59,773 nucleotides of DNA from the IMG/VR virus record IMGVR_UViG_3300023105_000006. The stretch is one strand, 5' to 3'. The position numbers and the translations under genes were made by a program. Source of the DNA: an uncultured virus (IMG/VR IMGVR_UViG_3300023105_000006) (Duplodnaviria > Heunggongvirae > Uroviricota > Caudoviricetes). The notes under the pieces are model-generated. The model did no database searches. It was not told the DNA's origin and was given only the letters and a program-made list of their open reading frames with translations. This document shows, one piece after another, positions 18,508-28,475 of the stretch. The stretch's first letter is position 1. Every line of letters begins with the position of its first letter.

Positions 18508-21500
18508 TTATTCTCCTAGTTTTAGTTTTAACATATCTACTTCAGATTTCAGATCTTTAATAGCCTCTATTAATACACCAACCATCTTTCCATAATCAAC
18601 CGATTTCATACCTTCTTCGTCTGTCTTGACAACTTCTGGTAGAACTTCTTCTACCTCTTGTGCTACTACACCAACTTTTCTTTCTTCTTCACCAATCTTA
18701 TTATACCAAACACCACGTAGTTGCGATACAAGATCAACGCCGCCGTTTATAGTTTCAATGTTTTCTTTGGTGCGGATGTCTGAGATAGATGTGACGTCAC
18801 CTTGAACTGTTAGATCATCACCAGACCATGTTGAGTTAAGAGTACCGCTATATGTGCCTGTATAAAGTTTAATAGTTGATGTAGTAGCAAAATCTAAAAA
18901 GCCTTGTTGGGCAGTTGTCTGGAAATACACTTTACCATTATCTGGTTCAAGCAGCACGGCTTGATTGGCTTGGATGCTGGTATAATTTCCACTGTTTATC
19001 GTTAATGTATTTGTTGCGTACATAGTTTGTTCAGCAGTGCCTATACTATAAGTAATACCCTGCGTAGTTTGATAGGCAGAACCCCTTGACATAATAATGC
19101 TGCCGTTATCTGCTTCAAGCCAGACACCATTTTCACCATCAATAATAACATAGCCATCGGTTCCAACCGCCGGATTTGAGCTTTCAGATTCAATAACAAT
19201 ATTACCACCGTGCCCGCCCGCTTTATCATTAATGGACTGTCCAGTTTTAATTTCTATTTCTTCATTTGCATAAATGTTTAGTCCATCTGTGGCTTGAATT
19301 TCTTGAGCATTATTAACACCATCAAATCCATAGAATCTCAAATACTGAAGATCAGAATCACCAGTAATAACAAATGAGTTGCCATCTGCATATATGGATG
19401 CATATGAAGTTAATTTTAAATTATTATCACCACCAAAGAGATAACTAGATTTAAGTTCAAGTCCACCAACGCCTTCTAATGTAAAATAATCAGGAGAAAC
19501 AAAAGAACCAGTAGCATCATTATTTAATGTCCAGATCCAAGTATCAGCGCCACTACCATTTGTAAAGTTAATGTTATTACCATCTGCATCTAGTGTAATA
19601 TCCCCTGCAGCGTCAAGGACAACATTATTATCTGCACTTAGTGTTGCGTCATTATAAGTAGCACCACTTCCAAGAACTAGTTTAGCAGTTTCGTTTGTAG
19701 CACCATTTGTTGATGTTGTTGTATACGCCGCAAGGTTCAATGCACCACGTTGTACTTTACTACTTGATGTATGTTCAATATCGGTTGTGATATCAGCCAT
19801 TACAACATCAACTGCAGTATCATCACCACCACTAGCAGTATTTTGTTGCTTATATGTAAAGTTAACCTTATGCATACCAAGTAATTCAGCAGTTAAGCCA
19901 CCGCCACCAACGCTTGAACTATAACCATATTGTCTTAATTCTAGTGTTGGAGATCCATTATCATTCCAGTCATAAGAACTGTTACCGATAATCATCTTTG
20001 AAACACCGGAAGAGTTGTTTACCGAGTTTAGACCATCATACCAGAAAGTACCAGTTGATGGATCACTGTTAAGAAGTGGTATTCTATATCTACCCTCAAG
20101 GTCACTTGAGTCAATATCAATGGATATGGTTTCATTAAATGACTGGTCTAATGTAAAATTACCACCGGTTTTTAAACCATGTCTTGCTGAAATAGTAATA
20201 GTAGAGTTGTTTGGGGTAACTGCGGCTGGCCACGTAATTGTTTTTGTATTGACGGCAGTAACATGGCCCGTTGCATTAGTAGTAATGCTGTCAATAACCT
20301 CCTGTTCGCCCGAGTATGATGCGGTGGCCTCAGAGGTTGTATCGGTTCTAGTGGCATTATCGTGTGTAATAGAACCAAAGGTTGAATTAAATGAAATGGG
20401 GGCGGTTGCATCTAACCAACTAGAAGTAGCAATTCTTGAAAGAGTATCTGTTTTTGTGGCTGCAGAGTCATCATGTACAGCCCAGTAATTTTCACTTTCA
20501 TCCCACACCAGCTTTGCATTATTTCGATTGCCACGCTCAATTTCTATACCGCCGTCTTGTGTTGGAGCAATACTACTTCCCAAATTACTGTTGAGAACTA
20601 TAATGTTGTCAGCAAGGTTAATTGTCTCTGTATTGACGGTAGTAGTTGTACCTGATACTGTTAAATTACCTTTTAGTATAGTATTTCCACCGACCCATAG
20701 GTTACCAGATATATTTGCAGAGTCTGCGGCAAATTGACTGATATCAGCTGAGTCTGCTGTAATACCTTTTGATACAGCAATTCTATTTACACTCAATTGA
20801 TCTGTAATAGTAACATCATCTGGCAAACCAATTGTTGCAGATGAACCTTCACCTGGTGTATGAGATACTGTAATCTCATTGGTAGTTCCAGAAATACCAG
20901 ACATGTAGTTGCCGGTAGTCTCAGTACCTAGGGTAACACCATTATTTTTAACAGATACTGCACCATTACTTACACTAAAGTTATCAGAACTAAATGAGGC
21001 CACACCCTTAACCGAGGTTGTGGCATTTACGCCAGCAATTGTTACGGTAGCCCCCTCACCTGTACCAGATGCACTAATACCAGTTGAGGCAGTTACTCCA
21101 ACTGACTGTACATAGTTACCAGTAGTTTTAGTACCTAGGGCAATACCATTATCCTTAACATTTACTGTACCAGATGAAAATTCTAGTGTAGAACCGTCAA
21201 TGTTACTTGCTGTAAGAATTTGAGAAGTATTAGATGAGTCATAATTAGCAACCCAATAGTTGCCATTTTCATTCCATTCAATTACCGCAGAATCGTAGGA
21301 CCGTCTGCGAACTGCTATACCTGCATTTTGAGTAGGTTGACCCTGATCTGGTGTATTTTCAGAAAGTAGAACTACATATGCATCACTAGTTCTAACATTA
21401 CCTTCTACAACTTGGGTTGCTGCAACAAGACTATTAACTGAAAGTGTATTAACATGCAAGTTGCTTGCAGCAGCAGAATCAATAATACCTATAAACCCAC

Positions 21501-22749
21501 TGGTGCTTAGAGTTCCAAAGTCTGCAGAATCAACATGTAATTGACTAATATGAGCTGAGTCAATATCAGCATTAGCGGAATTAAGTTGACCAATATAAGC
21601 AGAATCAAGTGTAGCATTATCGACATCCATTGTTGCTACATTAAGCTGTGTAACATAAGCGGAATCTATAATACCATCACGTAGACGTAGCTGTCTTATG
21701 TCAGCTGAATCTACATCCAATTGACTAATATGAGCCGAATCTATATCCGCTTGAAGAACATTAAGTTGATGCATAAATGCAGAATCAACATCTACATCTT
21801 TAAAATTTAATTGTGAGAAGTACGCAGAATCACCAGCAATTTGACTTACATTTATTTGACTAAAATAAGCTGAGTCAACATTTACTTGAGATGCGCTTAA
21901 CTGTACTACATACGCTGAATCAACATCTAGTTTATTTACATTAATCTGATCAGCATATGCTGAATCAATGTCAGCCTGAGAAACATTAAGTTGACCGATA
22001 TAGGCAGAATCCAATACAACATTATCGGCATCCATTGTTGCTACATTAAGTTGTGTAACATAGGCCGAATCAATAATACCATCACGTAGACGCAATTGTC
22101 TTATGTCTGCGGAATCTACATCTAATTGATTTATAGCCGCGGAATCAATAGATGCATTTTCTACCCAAAGAGTTCCCCATTTATCTGTTTGACCACCCAG
22201 ATCATGTTTATTATTGGGAATAATTGCTGAACCTACTTGTGCTTGAAAAACAACAGCATCAGTATTAGTATCACCAATTGTAACAAGGCTTGCATTACCA
22301 GCCTTTAGAGAAGAAACACCATCTACTATAAGATTGCCTTTTACTGATAGATCTCCGTCGATATACGCGCTGTCTGCGTGCAGGAAATGAACATCTAGTA
22401 CATCTACATAGGCGGAATCTATATCAACTTGAGAAGCATTTAATTGGCCTACATAGGCAGAATCTGCTTCGAGATTTGATGTCCAAATCCGAGTATCAAC
22501 ATTAAGTTGACCATCAAAATGACTTACAAAATTACTATCAGAAAAATGTGCACCCGGAGTCCACAAACCGGTGTTTTGTATAGAATCAAGTTTTGCGTCT
22601 AGTTCATTAATTGATTGTACAACGTCAACTGCATCGGTAGTCAAAGAGGTGATATCACCAACTGAATCAACTAATTGATTAAATCTTTTTCTGTGCGTAT
22701 TAATTGTATCACTTAATTGCACGAAAGGTATTTTTGTATTATTAGCCAT
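18508..22749 (-). CDS. Tail fibre with DSA-repeat shaft and C-terminal peptidase S74 intramolecular chaperone
   Basis: C-terminal SDIRTKENIETI...GVVAQEVEEVLPEVV...SVDY..MV.VLIEAIKDL is the classic S74 signature. Long array of (I/V)DSAY(V/I).QLN(V) repeats. Confidence 0.85.
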   Translation of the reverse strand: MANNTKIPFVQLSDTINTHRKRFNQLVDSVGDITSLTTDAVDVVQSINELDAKLDSIQNTGLWTPGAHFSDSNFVSHFDGQLNVDTRIWTSNLEADSAYVGQLNASQVDIDSAYVDVLDVHFLHADSAYIDGDLSVKGNLIVDGVSSLKAGNASLVTIGDTNTDAVVFQAQVGSAIIPNNKHDLGGQTDKWGTLWVENASIDSAAINQLDVDSADIRQLRLRDGIIDSAYVTQLNVATMDADNVVLDSAYIGQLNVSQADIDSAYADQINVNKLDVDSAYVVQLSASQVNVDSAYFSQINVSQIAGDSAYFSQLNFKDVDVDSAFMHQLNVLQADIDSAHISQLDVDSADIRQLRLRDGIIDSAYVTQLNVATMDVDNATLDSAYIGQLNSANADIDSAHISQLHVDSADFGTLSTSGFIGIIDSAAASNLHVNTLSVNSLVAATQVVEGNVRTSDAYVVLLSENTPDQGQPTQNAGIAVRRRSYDSAVIEWNENGNYWVANYDSSNTSQILTASNIDGSTLEFSSGTVNVKDNGIALGTKTTGNYVQSVGVTASTGISASGTGEGATVTIAGVNATTSVKGVASFSSDNFSVSNGAVSVKNNGVTLGTETTGNYMSGISGTTNEITVSHTPGEGSSATIGLPDDVTITDQLSVNRIAVSKGITADSADISQFAADSANISGNLWVGGNTILKGNLTVSGTTTTVNTETINLADNIIVLNSNLGSSIAPTQDGGIEIERGNRNNAKLVWDESENYWAVHDDSAATKTDTLSRIATSSWLDATAPISFNSTFGSITHDNATRTDTTSEATASYSGEQEVIDSITTNATGHVTAVNTKTITWPAAVTPNNSTITISARHGLKTGGNFTLDQSFNETISIDIDSSDLEGRYRIPLLNSDPSTGTFWYDGLNSVNNSSGVSKMIIGNSSYDWNDNGSPTLELRQYGYSSSVGGGGLTAELLGMHKVNFTYKQQNTASGGDDTAVDVVMADITTDIEHTSSSKVQRGALNLAAYTTTSTNGATNETAKLVLGSGATYNDATLSADNNVVLDAAGDITLDADGNNINFTNGSGADTWIWTLNNDATGSFVSPDYFTLEGVGGLELKSSYLFGGDNNLKLTSYASIYADGNSFVITGDSDLQYLRFYGFDGVNNAQEIQATDGLNIYANEEIEIKTGQSINDKAGGHGGNIVIESESSNPAVGTDGYVIIDGENGVWLEADNGSIIMSRGSAYQTTQGITYSIGTAEQTMYATNTLTINSGNYTSIQANQAVLLEPDNGKVYFQTTAQQGFLDFATTSTIKLYTGTYSGTLNSTWSGDDLTVQGDVTSISDIRTKENIETINGGVDLVSQLRGVWYNKIGEEERKVGVVAQEVEEVLPEVVKTDEEGMKSVDYGKMVGVLIEAIKDLKSEVDMLKLKLGE
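21580..22128 (-). repeat. Intragenic ~144-bp duplication (21985-22128 and 21580-21723) within a DSA-repeat array
   Basis: QLDVDSADIRQLRLRDGIIDSAYVTQLNVATMD(A/V)DN..LDSAYIGQLN occurs twice, 405 nt apart, with mostly synonymous differences. Confidence 0.85.
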
Positions 22750-22960
22750 TTGTACCGTTCTCTAATAGTTTTTGCAACATCAATTTTATATCACGAACAT
22801 CATTTTTTATTTCATCTATTTCTTCACGCTGTTCAGCTTCTTTTTGTTTCATCAACTGACGTCTATTGTGTTTCTCTTTATTTATATTAACTATAAGCCC
22901 AGTTTTTCCGTCTCGAGCTAGATCTGGTTGATTATCAATAGGTATCAAATTTCTTTTCAT
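22742..22960 (-). CDS. Small conserved coiled-coil protein of marine T4-like phages
   Basis: L.RD..TG.I.N...EIDEIKNDV.DIK.ML..LL pattern. Overlaps both neighbouring genes. Confidence 0.75.
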   Translation of the reverse strand: MKRNLIPIDNQPDLARDGKTGLIVNINKEKHNRRQLMKQKEAEQREEIDEIKNDVRDIKLMLQKLLENGTNG

Positions 22961-24639
22961 TAAGAAGTTGCCACAATTCTAAGGTTTCTAAAGATAGGAG
23001 GTTGTGCTTGGTTTTTAGTGTTAAAAGTAATTTTAATCTGATACTCTTTAAATGAAGTCAAGTTAAATGATGCAAATGCATATTCACTATACTCATCATA
23101 ACTTCTATTGGTAGAAATTTCTGAATAAGATTTACCCTTTACATTTTTTACATCCTTACTAAATTCAACCCAATTCTTTTCATGAATATGGTCTTCGCCA
23201 CCCTGAGATGTTCTATACCAAACTGAGAAATCAGATCCTACTGGTCTGCTTGCATCAACATATACAACTAATGAATCTGATGCATATTCTAAGAAATATG
23301 GTATAGTAATATGTTTAGAAGCAGTGGTACCACCATCAGGTTCTGTCTCAGATGTCCATGGTATAGTAGTAATTAAATTTCTACCATCAGTTGATGCGGA
23401 GTCCTGATAATCTACAAAGAAGCTTGTGGCGTCAAGTGTACATGTAGCTGCATTAAAGTATGGTGCAACGTTTGGATCTTGAGTTTCCATATAGACATCA
23501 AATAATGTAGATTCATTTAAACCTCTACCGCCAGCGGAATCTCCTGTAGTTGGTTGCTCCTGAGCATTAGATGCAATAACGTATGGATTTTTCAAATGTG
23601 ATAAAATATTAGGTTCTACCAAAAGCCCCTGACGTTTTACATATGGAGTTTCAGAACCTGCAAAGCTGGAAGTAGTTGTTAAACTTGCTTCGGTGTTTAG
23701 TGCAGTTCCTCGAGGTGTTGTATATTGTATGTTAAATAACATTTGAGCAATTTCATATTGCTCTGTAGCACTTAAACCCGTGCCACCAGCTCTTATGGTT
23801 TCAGTTGGGTTTGAACCTGCATCCATTTCAAATGAATACCCATATGGATCTACAGCATTAATTACTCGAGGACCTAAGATAGCAGCACCACTTACACCAT
23901 TAATAGTATCAGCACTGTCAAAACTATTTACACCGTCTGAAAATAATTCTACTTTATCGCCAACTCTAAATCCGTGTCCAGGATGGTTTACCTTTAGAGT
24001 AGCATCACCTTGTGTGAAATATAAAGGATCATATGTATATCTTGCTTTATTATCAATATTTGTAAGTTCTGTTAGTTTCTTTTCTGGGGGAATATTGGTA
24101 TTAATTCTTGCTCTAAATTGTTTACCAGTTTCAAATTGAGCTTTATATATCTTAAATGCAATGTTTTTATTATTATCAGCTTCCCATGAAATATCATTTG
24201 ATGATCCATAGAAGCCACCACCACCAGCAGATGTAATATATTTCTTAGTATTAGTGCCTGTGATAAACTCTCCGCCTTCTGCAATCCACATTTCATATGC
24301 ACCGATTGGAGCTGAAGTGTAAAGACAGAAACTCATATACATTTGTTGTGGTATTAAAACAGGATTATTAAATTCAAATACTACTTCAGTATTTTTATTA
24401 AAAGTTCTACTTGCATTAGTAAAAGCAGAAGCTGGCATAGTGACTCTAGAACCTGGAACAAATTCAAGAGAAGAAGGAATCCCACCTTCTGTTACTGGTC
24501 TAAGTTCAAGAGTAATAGGTAATGATGCATGTGCCTTTGCAAAGAAAATACCAATCTTGGTAATAACTGTAGGTTCTGGCACCTTAAATACTTGAGCCGC
24601 AGGATTTCTTTTTTCTGTAATATTTAAAAGACTAGTCAT
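22960..24639 (-). CDS. Virion structural protein, C-terminal third of a DUF4815/VrlC-like baseplate protein
   Basis: P.AQ.F.V...ITKIGIFF.K....PITLELRPV...G.P start, and F.EYQIKI.F...N.A.PP.FRNLRIVA end. Confidence 0.75.
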   Translation of the reverse strand: MTSLLNITEKRNPAAQVFKVPEPTVITKIGIFFAKAHASLPITLELRPVTEGGIPSSLEFVPGSRVTMPASAFTNASRTFNKNTEVVFEFNNPVLIPQQMYMSFCLYTSAPIGAYEMWIAEGGEFITGTNTKKYITSAGGGGFYGSSNDISWEADNNKNIAFKIYKAQFETGKQFRARINTNIPPEKKLTELTNIDNKARYTYDPLYFTQGDATLKVNHPGHGFRVGDKVELFSDGVNSFDSADTINGVSGAAILGPRVINAVDPYGYSFEMDAGSNPTETIRAGGTGLSATEQYEIAQMLFNIQYTTPRGTALNTEASLTTTSSFAGSETPYVKRQGLLVEPNILSHLKNPYVIASNAQEQPTTGDSAGGRGLNESTLFDVYMETQDPNVAPYFNAATCTLDATSFFVDYQDSASTDGRNLITTIPWTSETEPDGGTTASKHITIPYFLEYASDSLVVYVDASRPVGSDFSVWYRTSQGGEDHIHEKNWVEFSKDVKNVKGKSYSEISTNRSYDEYSEYAFASFNLTSFKEYQIKITFNTKNQAQPPIFRNLRIVATS

Positions 24640-25371
24640 TTAATTACCCCAACCATAACTGCCATTACTGGATACTTGTACAGCGTTGTCGTCGTTTACA
24701 AGCTTTTCTTCTAATGCCTTGGCTTGTGTGTCAGTATAAGCATTATGCCATTTATTACCAACTCTTACTGACAATAATGGCGCTGTATAATTATCATCTT
24801 TATTGCTACCTGATGGAGTTGGTGAATGTGTGTAAGCCACCCAAATAGGAGTTGTAGTTACATTTGTCTTGACCCAGTAATTTTGTATCTGACCAAATGC
24901 ACTAAATTTAGATACTCCATATGAAGTTGAATTTTCTTTGACAGCTGTTGCAACATCAGTTACTACAAATTCTGTACCATCATATTTTGTGGGCCAATTA
25001 AGTGTACTATTAGATTGTAAATAAAACAACCCGTAAATTTTTCCGGTATTATCGGTTTTGATACCATCACCATTTGAGCTCGTGGGACCGCCCTGAGCAG
25101 AAGGATATGCTGTATCATTAATATATGAATCACCAGGTTCCTTTAACTTAGAATTTCTTCCTGCATTAGTAAATGTGGTTTTGGCAACACCTGTCTTTAC
25201 ATAAGTAGTAACATTTTTACCACCAAAGAAAAAATAATGCGGTATGTTTGGTCTTAGCCCCTCGAATTCAAAATAGATAAACTGAGGTCTCTGAATTGAG
25301 ATCTGATCAAAGCCTATATTTTCATCAGAATAGGTAGTAACCGTTTTATTTTTATAGTATCCATGACTCAT
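24640..25371 (-). CDS. Virion structural protein, middle part of a DUF4815/VrlC-like protein
   Basis: RPQFIYFEFEGLRPNIPHYFFFGGKNVT...IKTDNTGKIYGLF motif. Has its own AAGGA RBS. Confidence 0.7.
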   Translation of the reverse strand: MSHGYYKNKTVTTYSDENIGFDQISIQRPQFIYFEFEGLRPNIPHYFFFGGKNVTTYVKTGVAKTTFTNAGRNSKLKEPGDSYINDTAYPSAQGGPTSSNGDGIKTDNTGKIYGLFYLQSNSTLNWPTKYDGTEFVVTDVATAVKENSTSYGVSKFSAFGQIQNYWVKTNVTTTPIWVAYTHSPTPSGSNKDDNYTAPLLSVRVGNKWHNAYTDTQAKALEEKLVNDDNAVQVSSNGSYGWGN

Positions 25372-25391
25372 TTTTTATTTCCTTAATGGTG

Positions 25392-28300
25392 TTACCGGTG
25401 ATAGGACGGTAGCTGCTCTCCGTTAAACATTGGCGGCGGTCCTGAAGGTTGCGTAAACCCAACCGAGTTACTTATGGTTACTGTTACTCCATCTGGATCA
25501 ATAAATGATTCCTCTTGCTCGGAGATATAATTTTCATCTACTTTCCTTCTTTCAGTCCAGATATCGGCCTGTGGTGTTAACTCTCCAACACCAATTGTTC
25601 TACCAGTTTCAAATTGATTTACTGCAATATAACTGGTAGCAGAATCCATACTCCAGTCAGCAACGGTTTCTGTATATACTGGCCAGATTGTATCTCCTTT
25701 TCTTATTACATCAGAAGATGCATCTGAATCATAAGTGGTGCCGATTTGTCTCTTAAATTGCAAAGGAGCCAAAATACCATAACCAGTATAAACAGCTGAT
25801 CTATTATCATCATCATCCCATGAGGTCTGTGCAAGGTTGTTAAATCCATCACCCGATAGACCCTCAGTCTGTCTGACATCAGTTGGATTGTCGGGGTCAT
25901 ACACTGTTAGTTGAGAAAGTTTCCATTCGGTCTGACTTAGGGTCGATATAGCCTCAATATTAGTCAGTCTACGTTCCATACTTCTTATGTCGGACATTTT
26001 AAAGCCACGATTGTCATAAGTATATGTGTTAAGATCTTTATGGTCAATGGTATATGGAGCCAATGTAACCTTATGCAATATCATATGGGTTGGATCAATA
26101 TCTCTAGGTTCTAAGAGTCTAAAGCTTGATGTGCCTTGATGAGAATGCAACCTACCGTCAGGTGCCATTGTTATCATATCAACTCTTGGTTTCCAATATT
26201 CCGCAGTGCCTATAGTTAATGTATCTGTGTTGCGCGGTATGCGTTCAATTCTGGCTTGACCGGTATCAAAGTTACCAGATACTGGATCTTGAATAGGTCT
26301 CATATCAATAACATCGGTAAGTCTTTGTTTAATGCCAGTAGATGTAGTATAAACAGGCACTTTATCATATGTAAGACTTGGATAGGAAGCCTTACCACCA
26401 AAATACCCAGATCCAGAAGGTGCTGCACCATGATCAAAATATTGATATACAACTGTAATGGTACCTGCAGGTGCTGAAACTCCTGCCTTTAATTTACCGC
26501 CACCTGCACAATAGAAGTTGTCTCTTTGACCATTGTCTTTTAGGAATTTATACATTATATCTTCACCAGATGTATCATCTGTAATACTAATGAATTTATA
26601 AATGTCAACCTTGTTAAGTTTAAATTCATTGTCTGAATTTAAAGAAAGACCAGCCTCAGTTGTGTTGGCAGAAATTGTTTTGACTTTTTGTGTTAGTGTT
26701 GTATTTTCATATGCCAATACTGTAATAGCTGAGTTAAATGGCAACCCACTTATAGAAGCAGATAGACCATCTCCAGCAATGGTAATAGCTGCTTCAGAGA
26801 AAATTTCTCCACTGCTGTCTACTGTAATCAGCCATTGCTCAGCATCAGTAAGAGTATTACTACCGGTAGAGTTAATATTTGTTGCAACACCAGCACCACT
26901 TGTAGTATCGGTTTTTATTACACCAATAGTAGTAGTTAGATTAGAAATAGTCTGTACTCTATCCCTTGTTAAAGGGAACAACAGATTATCATCGGCTCTG
27001 TCATAGATGTCAGTAGATCCCAAAACAGATACTAGGTTAGCATGGTTATCAGAATCTGTACCTAATGATATTACATCTTTAATACCCTTTTGAGCATCGG
27101 TAATTCTTACATCAAAAACATGAATTCTATATTGATTGTTATATTCATCGATTTGTCTAATTCTTGCTGTACCAATGTTTACACCAGCAGCTGAATCAAA
27201 AGAACTAAGTTGATATTGATTTGATCCGGTCTTGTCAATGGTGTATAAATTAACAACAGAATAATCATCTATTTTACCAAGAAGTCCCCAGGCACTATCT
27301 GCAAGGAAATAACTACCATAGCGTGCCGAAACAAATTCATTGGTTTCTGTGTGAATGTCGTTTACAAGAGATCTTGGTTTTTCAACACGTTGTGTGTTAA
27401 AAAACTTACGTGTAATCTTTTGACCTTCAATAAATGCAGTACCGCCTGTAACTGAATATACCAAATAATTATCATCGGTAGAATCATTTTCTACAGTAAG
27501 GCTTAATTCTCCACTTGTATTTCTTTCAATAAAATTACCACTTATTGATTTTGTACGTTGATTTATTAGATCGCCAACATAATTTAGATTATTGTCTTTT
27601 GTTTTTACAAGAGTAAACAATCCTTTGGTTACATGATATAGTTCAAAGAATGTAGAACCTGCAGGTGCTTGTGATTTAAGACCTAATGTAAGAGTAATTT
27701 TATATCTGTCGGCACCAGGTGATGTGAGGTTTGGTGTGGTACCTGAATTATCATATAGAGCTACATTGTCGCCAGAAGTAATTATTTCTTCATTTACTCT
27801 AAAACCAACAATACCTGATCCTGTAGGAGAATACTTATCAATAACTAAAGTTTGGGCTTCAACCATAATCATATGGCCAGCAGCAAATGATTCAAAACGA
27901 GGAGTATCAATAAGAGTACAAGTGCCCACAACATCGGTACCAACTTTTATAGTTACCGATCCCTCATCTGTTGTAATAGTGGCACCTGCTTGGAATCTTA
28001 AAGAATTAAGTTCAGGAGTTGTAGATGACGTATCAACGTTTGGTTCACCCTTACCCATTTTTACAATAAGTGTATCAGGGTCTGTAACTACCACACCATT
28101 ACGAGTTACGGTTTCTGATGGTATAACAGCCTTTACAGTTGCATATAATGTGCCATCTGTAATTTCTGTACCAACTAAGGCTGATGGCGTTGCAATGTTT
28201 GAAAGGTTGTCTAATTTAATAAATGTAAAGGCGCCTTCATTGGGACCAGATGCAAGGCTTACGTTAGTATTAAGAATTGCACCTTCATTAAAAAGATATG

Positions 28301-28466
28301 TTGCAATACGTGCAATCTCAGATTGAATAATGGTCTGCATCTGAGTAAGTTCACGAGCCTGCAAAGCACGACCGTTATTAAACAATATACGATGAAAGTG
28401 ATCACTGTCTCGATAGTCATCATTATACTGACTTAAAAATGTAGTTTGTGTATATTGAGTAGCCAT
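25392..28466 (-). CDS. DUF4815/VrlC-like baseplate structural protein (N-terminal part)
   Basis: YNDDY.DSD.FHRILFN.GRALQARELTQMQTIIQ, SPGADRYKI and FKMSDIRSMERRLTNIE motifs. Confidence 0.85.
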   Translation of the reverse strand: MATQYTQTTFLSQYNDDYRDSDHFHRILFNNGRALQARELTQMQTIIQSEIARIATYLFNEGAILNTNVSLASGPNEGAFTFIKLDNLSNIATPSALVGTEITDGTLYATVKAVIPSETVTRNGVVVTDPDTLIVKMGKGEPNVDTSSTTPELNSLRFQAGATITTDEGSVTIKVGTDVVGTCTLIDTPRFESFAAGHMIMVEAQTLVIDKYSPTGSGIVGFRVNEEIITSGDNVALYDNSGTTPNLTSPGADRYKITLTLGLKSQAPAGSTFFELYHVTKGLFTLVKTKDNNLNYVGDLINQRTKSISGNFIERNTSGELSLTVENDSTDDNYLVYSVTGGTAFIEGQKITRKFFNTQRVEKPRSLVNDIHTETNEFVSARYGSYFLADSAWGLLGKIDDYSVVNLYTIDKTGSNQYQLSSFDSAAGVNIGTARIRQIDEYNNQYRIHVFDVRITDAQKGIKDVISLGTDSDNHANLVSVLGSTDIYDRADDNLLFPLTRDRVQTISNLTTTIGVIKTDTTSGAGVATNINSTGSNTLTDAEQWLITVDSSGEIFSEAAITIAGDGLSASISGLPFNSAITVLAYENTTLTQKVKTISANTTEAGLSLNSDNEFKLNKVDIYKFISITDDTSGEDIMYKFLKDNGQRDNFYCAGGGKLKAGVSAPAGTITVVYQYFDHGAAPSGSGYFGGKASYPSLTYDKVPVYTTSTGIKQRLTDVIDMRPIQDPVSGNFDTGQARIERIPRNTDTLTIGTAEYWKPRVDMITMAPDGRLHSHQGTSSFRLLEPRDIDPTHMILHKVTLAPYTIDHKDLNTYTYDNRGFKMSDIRSMERRLTNIEAISTLSQTEWKLSQLTVYDPDNPTDVRQTEGLSGDGFNNLAQTSWDDDDNRSAVYTGYGILAPLQFKRQIGTTYDSDASSDVIRKGDTIWPVYTETVADWSMDSATSYIAVNQFETGRTIGVGELTPQADIWTERRKVDENYISEQEESFIDPDGVTVTISNSVGFTQPSGPPPMFNGEQLPSYHR

Positions 28467-28475
28467 GTTATACCT

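Noticed and set aside
21450..22480. Regularly spaced DNA repeats that could suggest a CRISPR array or DGR template/variable pair
   Set aside because: The repeats are in-frame, degenerate at third codon positions and protein-coding. There are no unique spacers, no adenine-specific mismatch pattern and no reverse transcriptase in the window.
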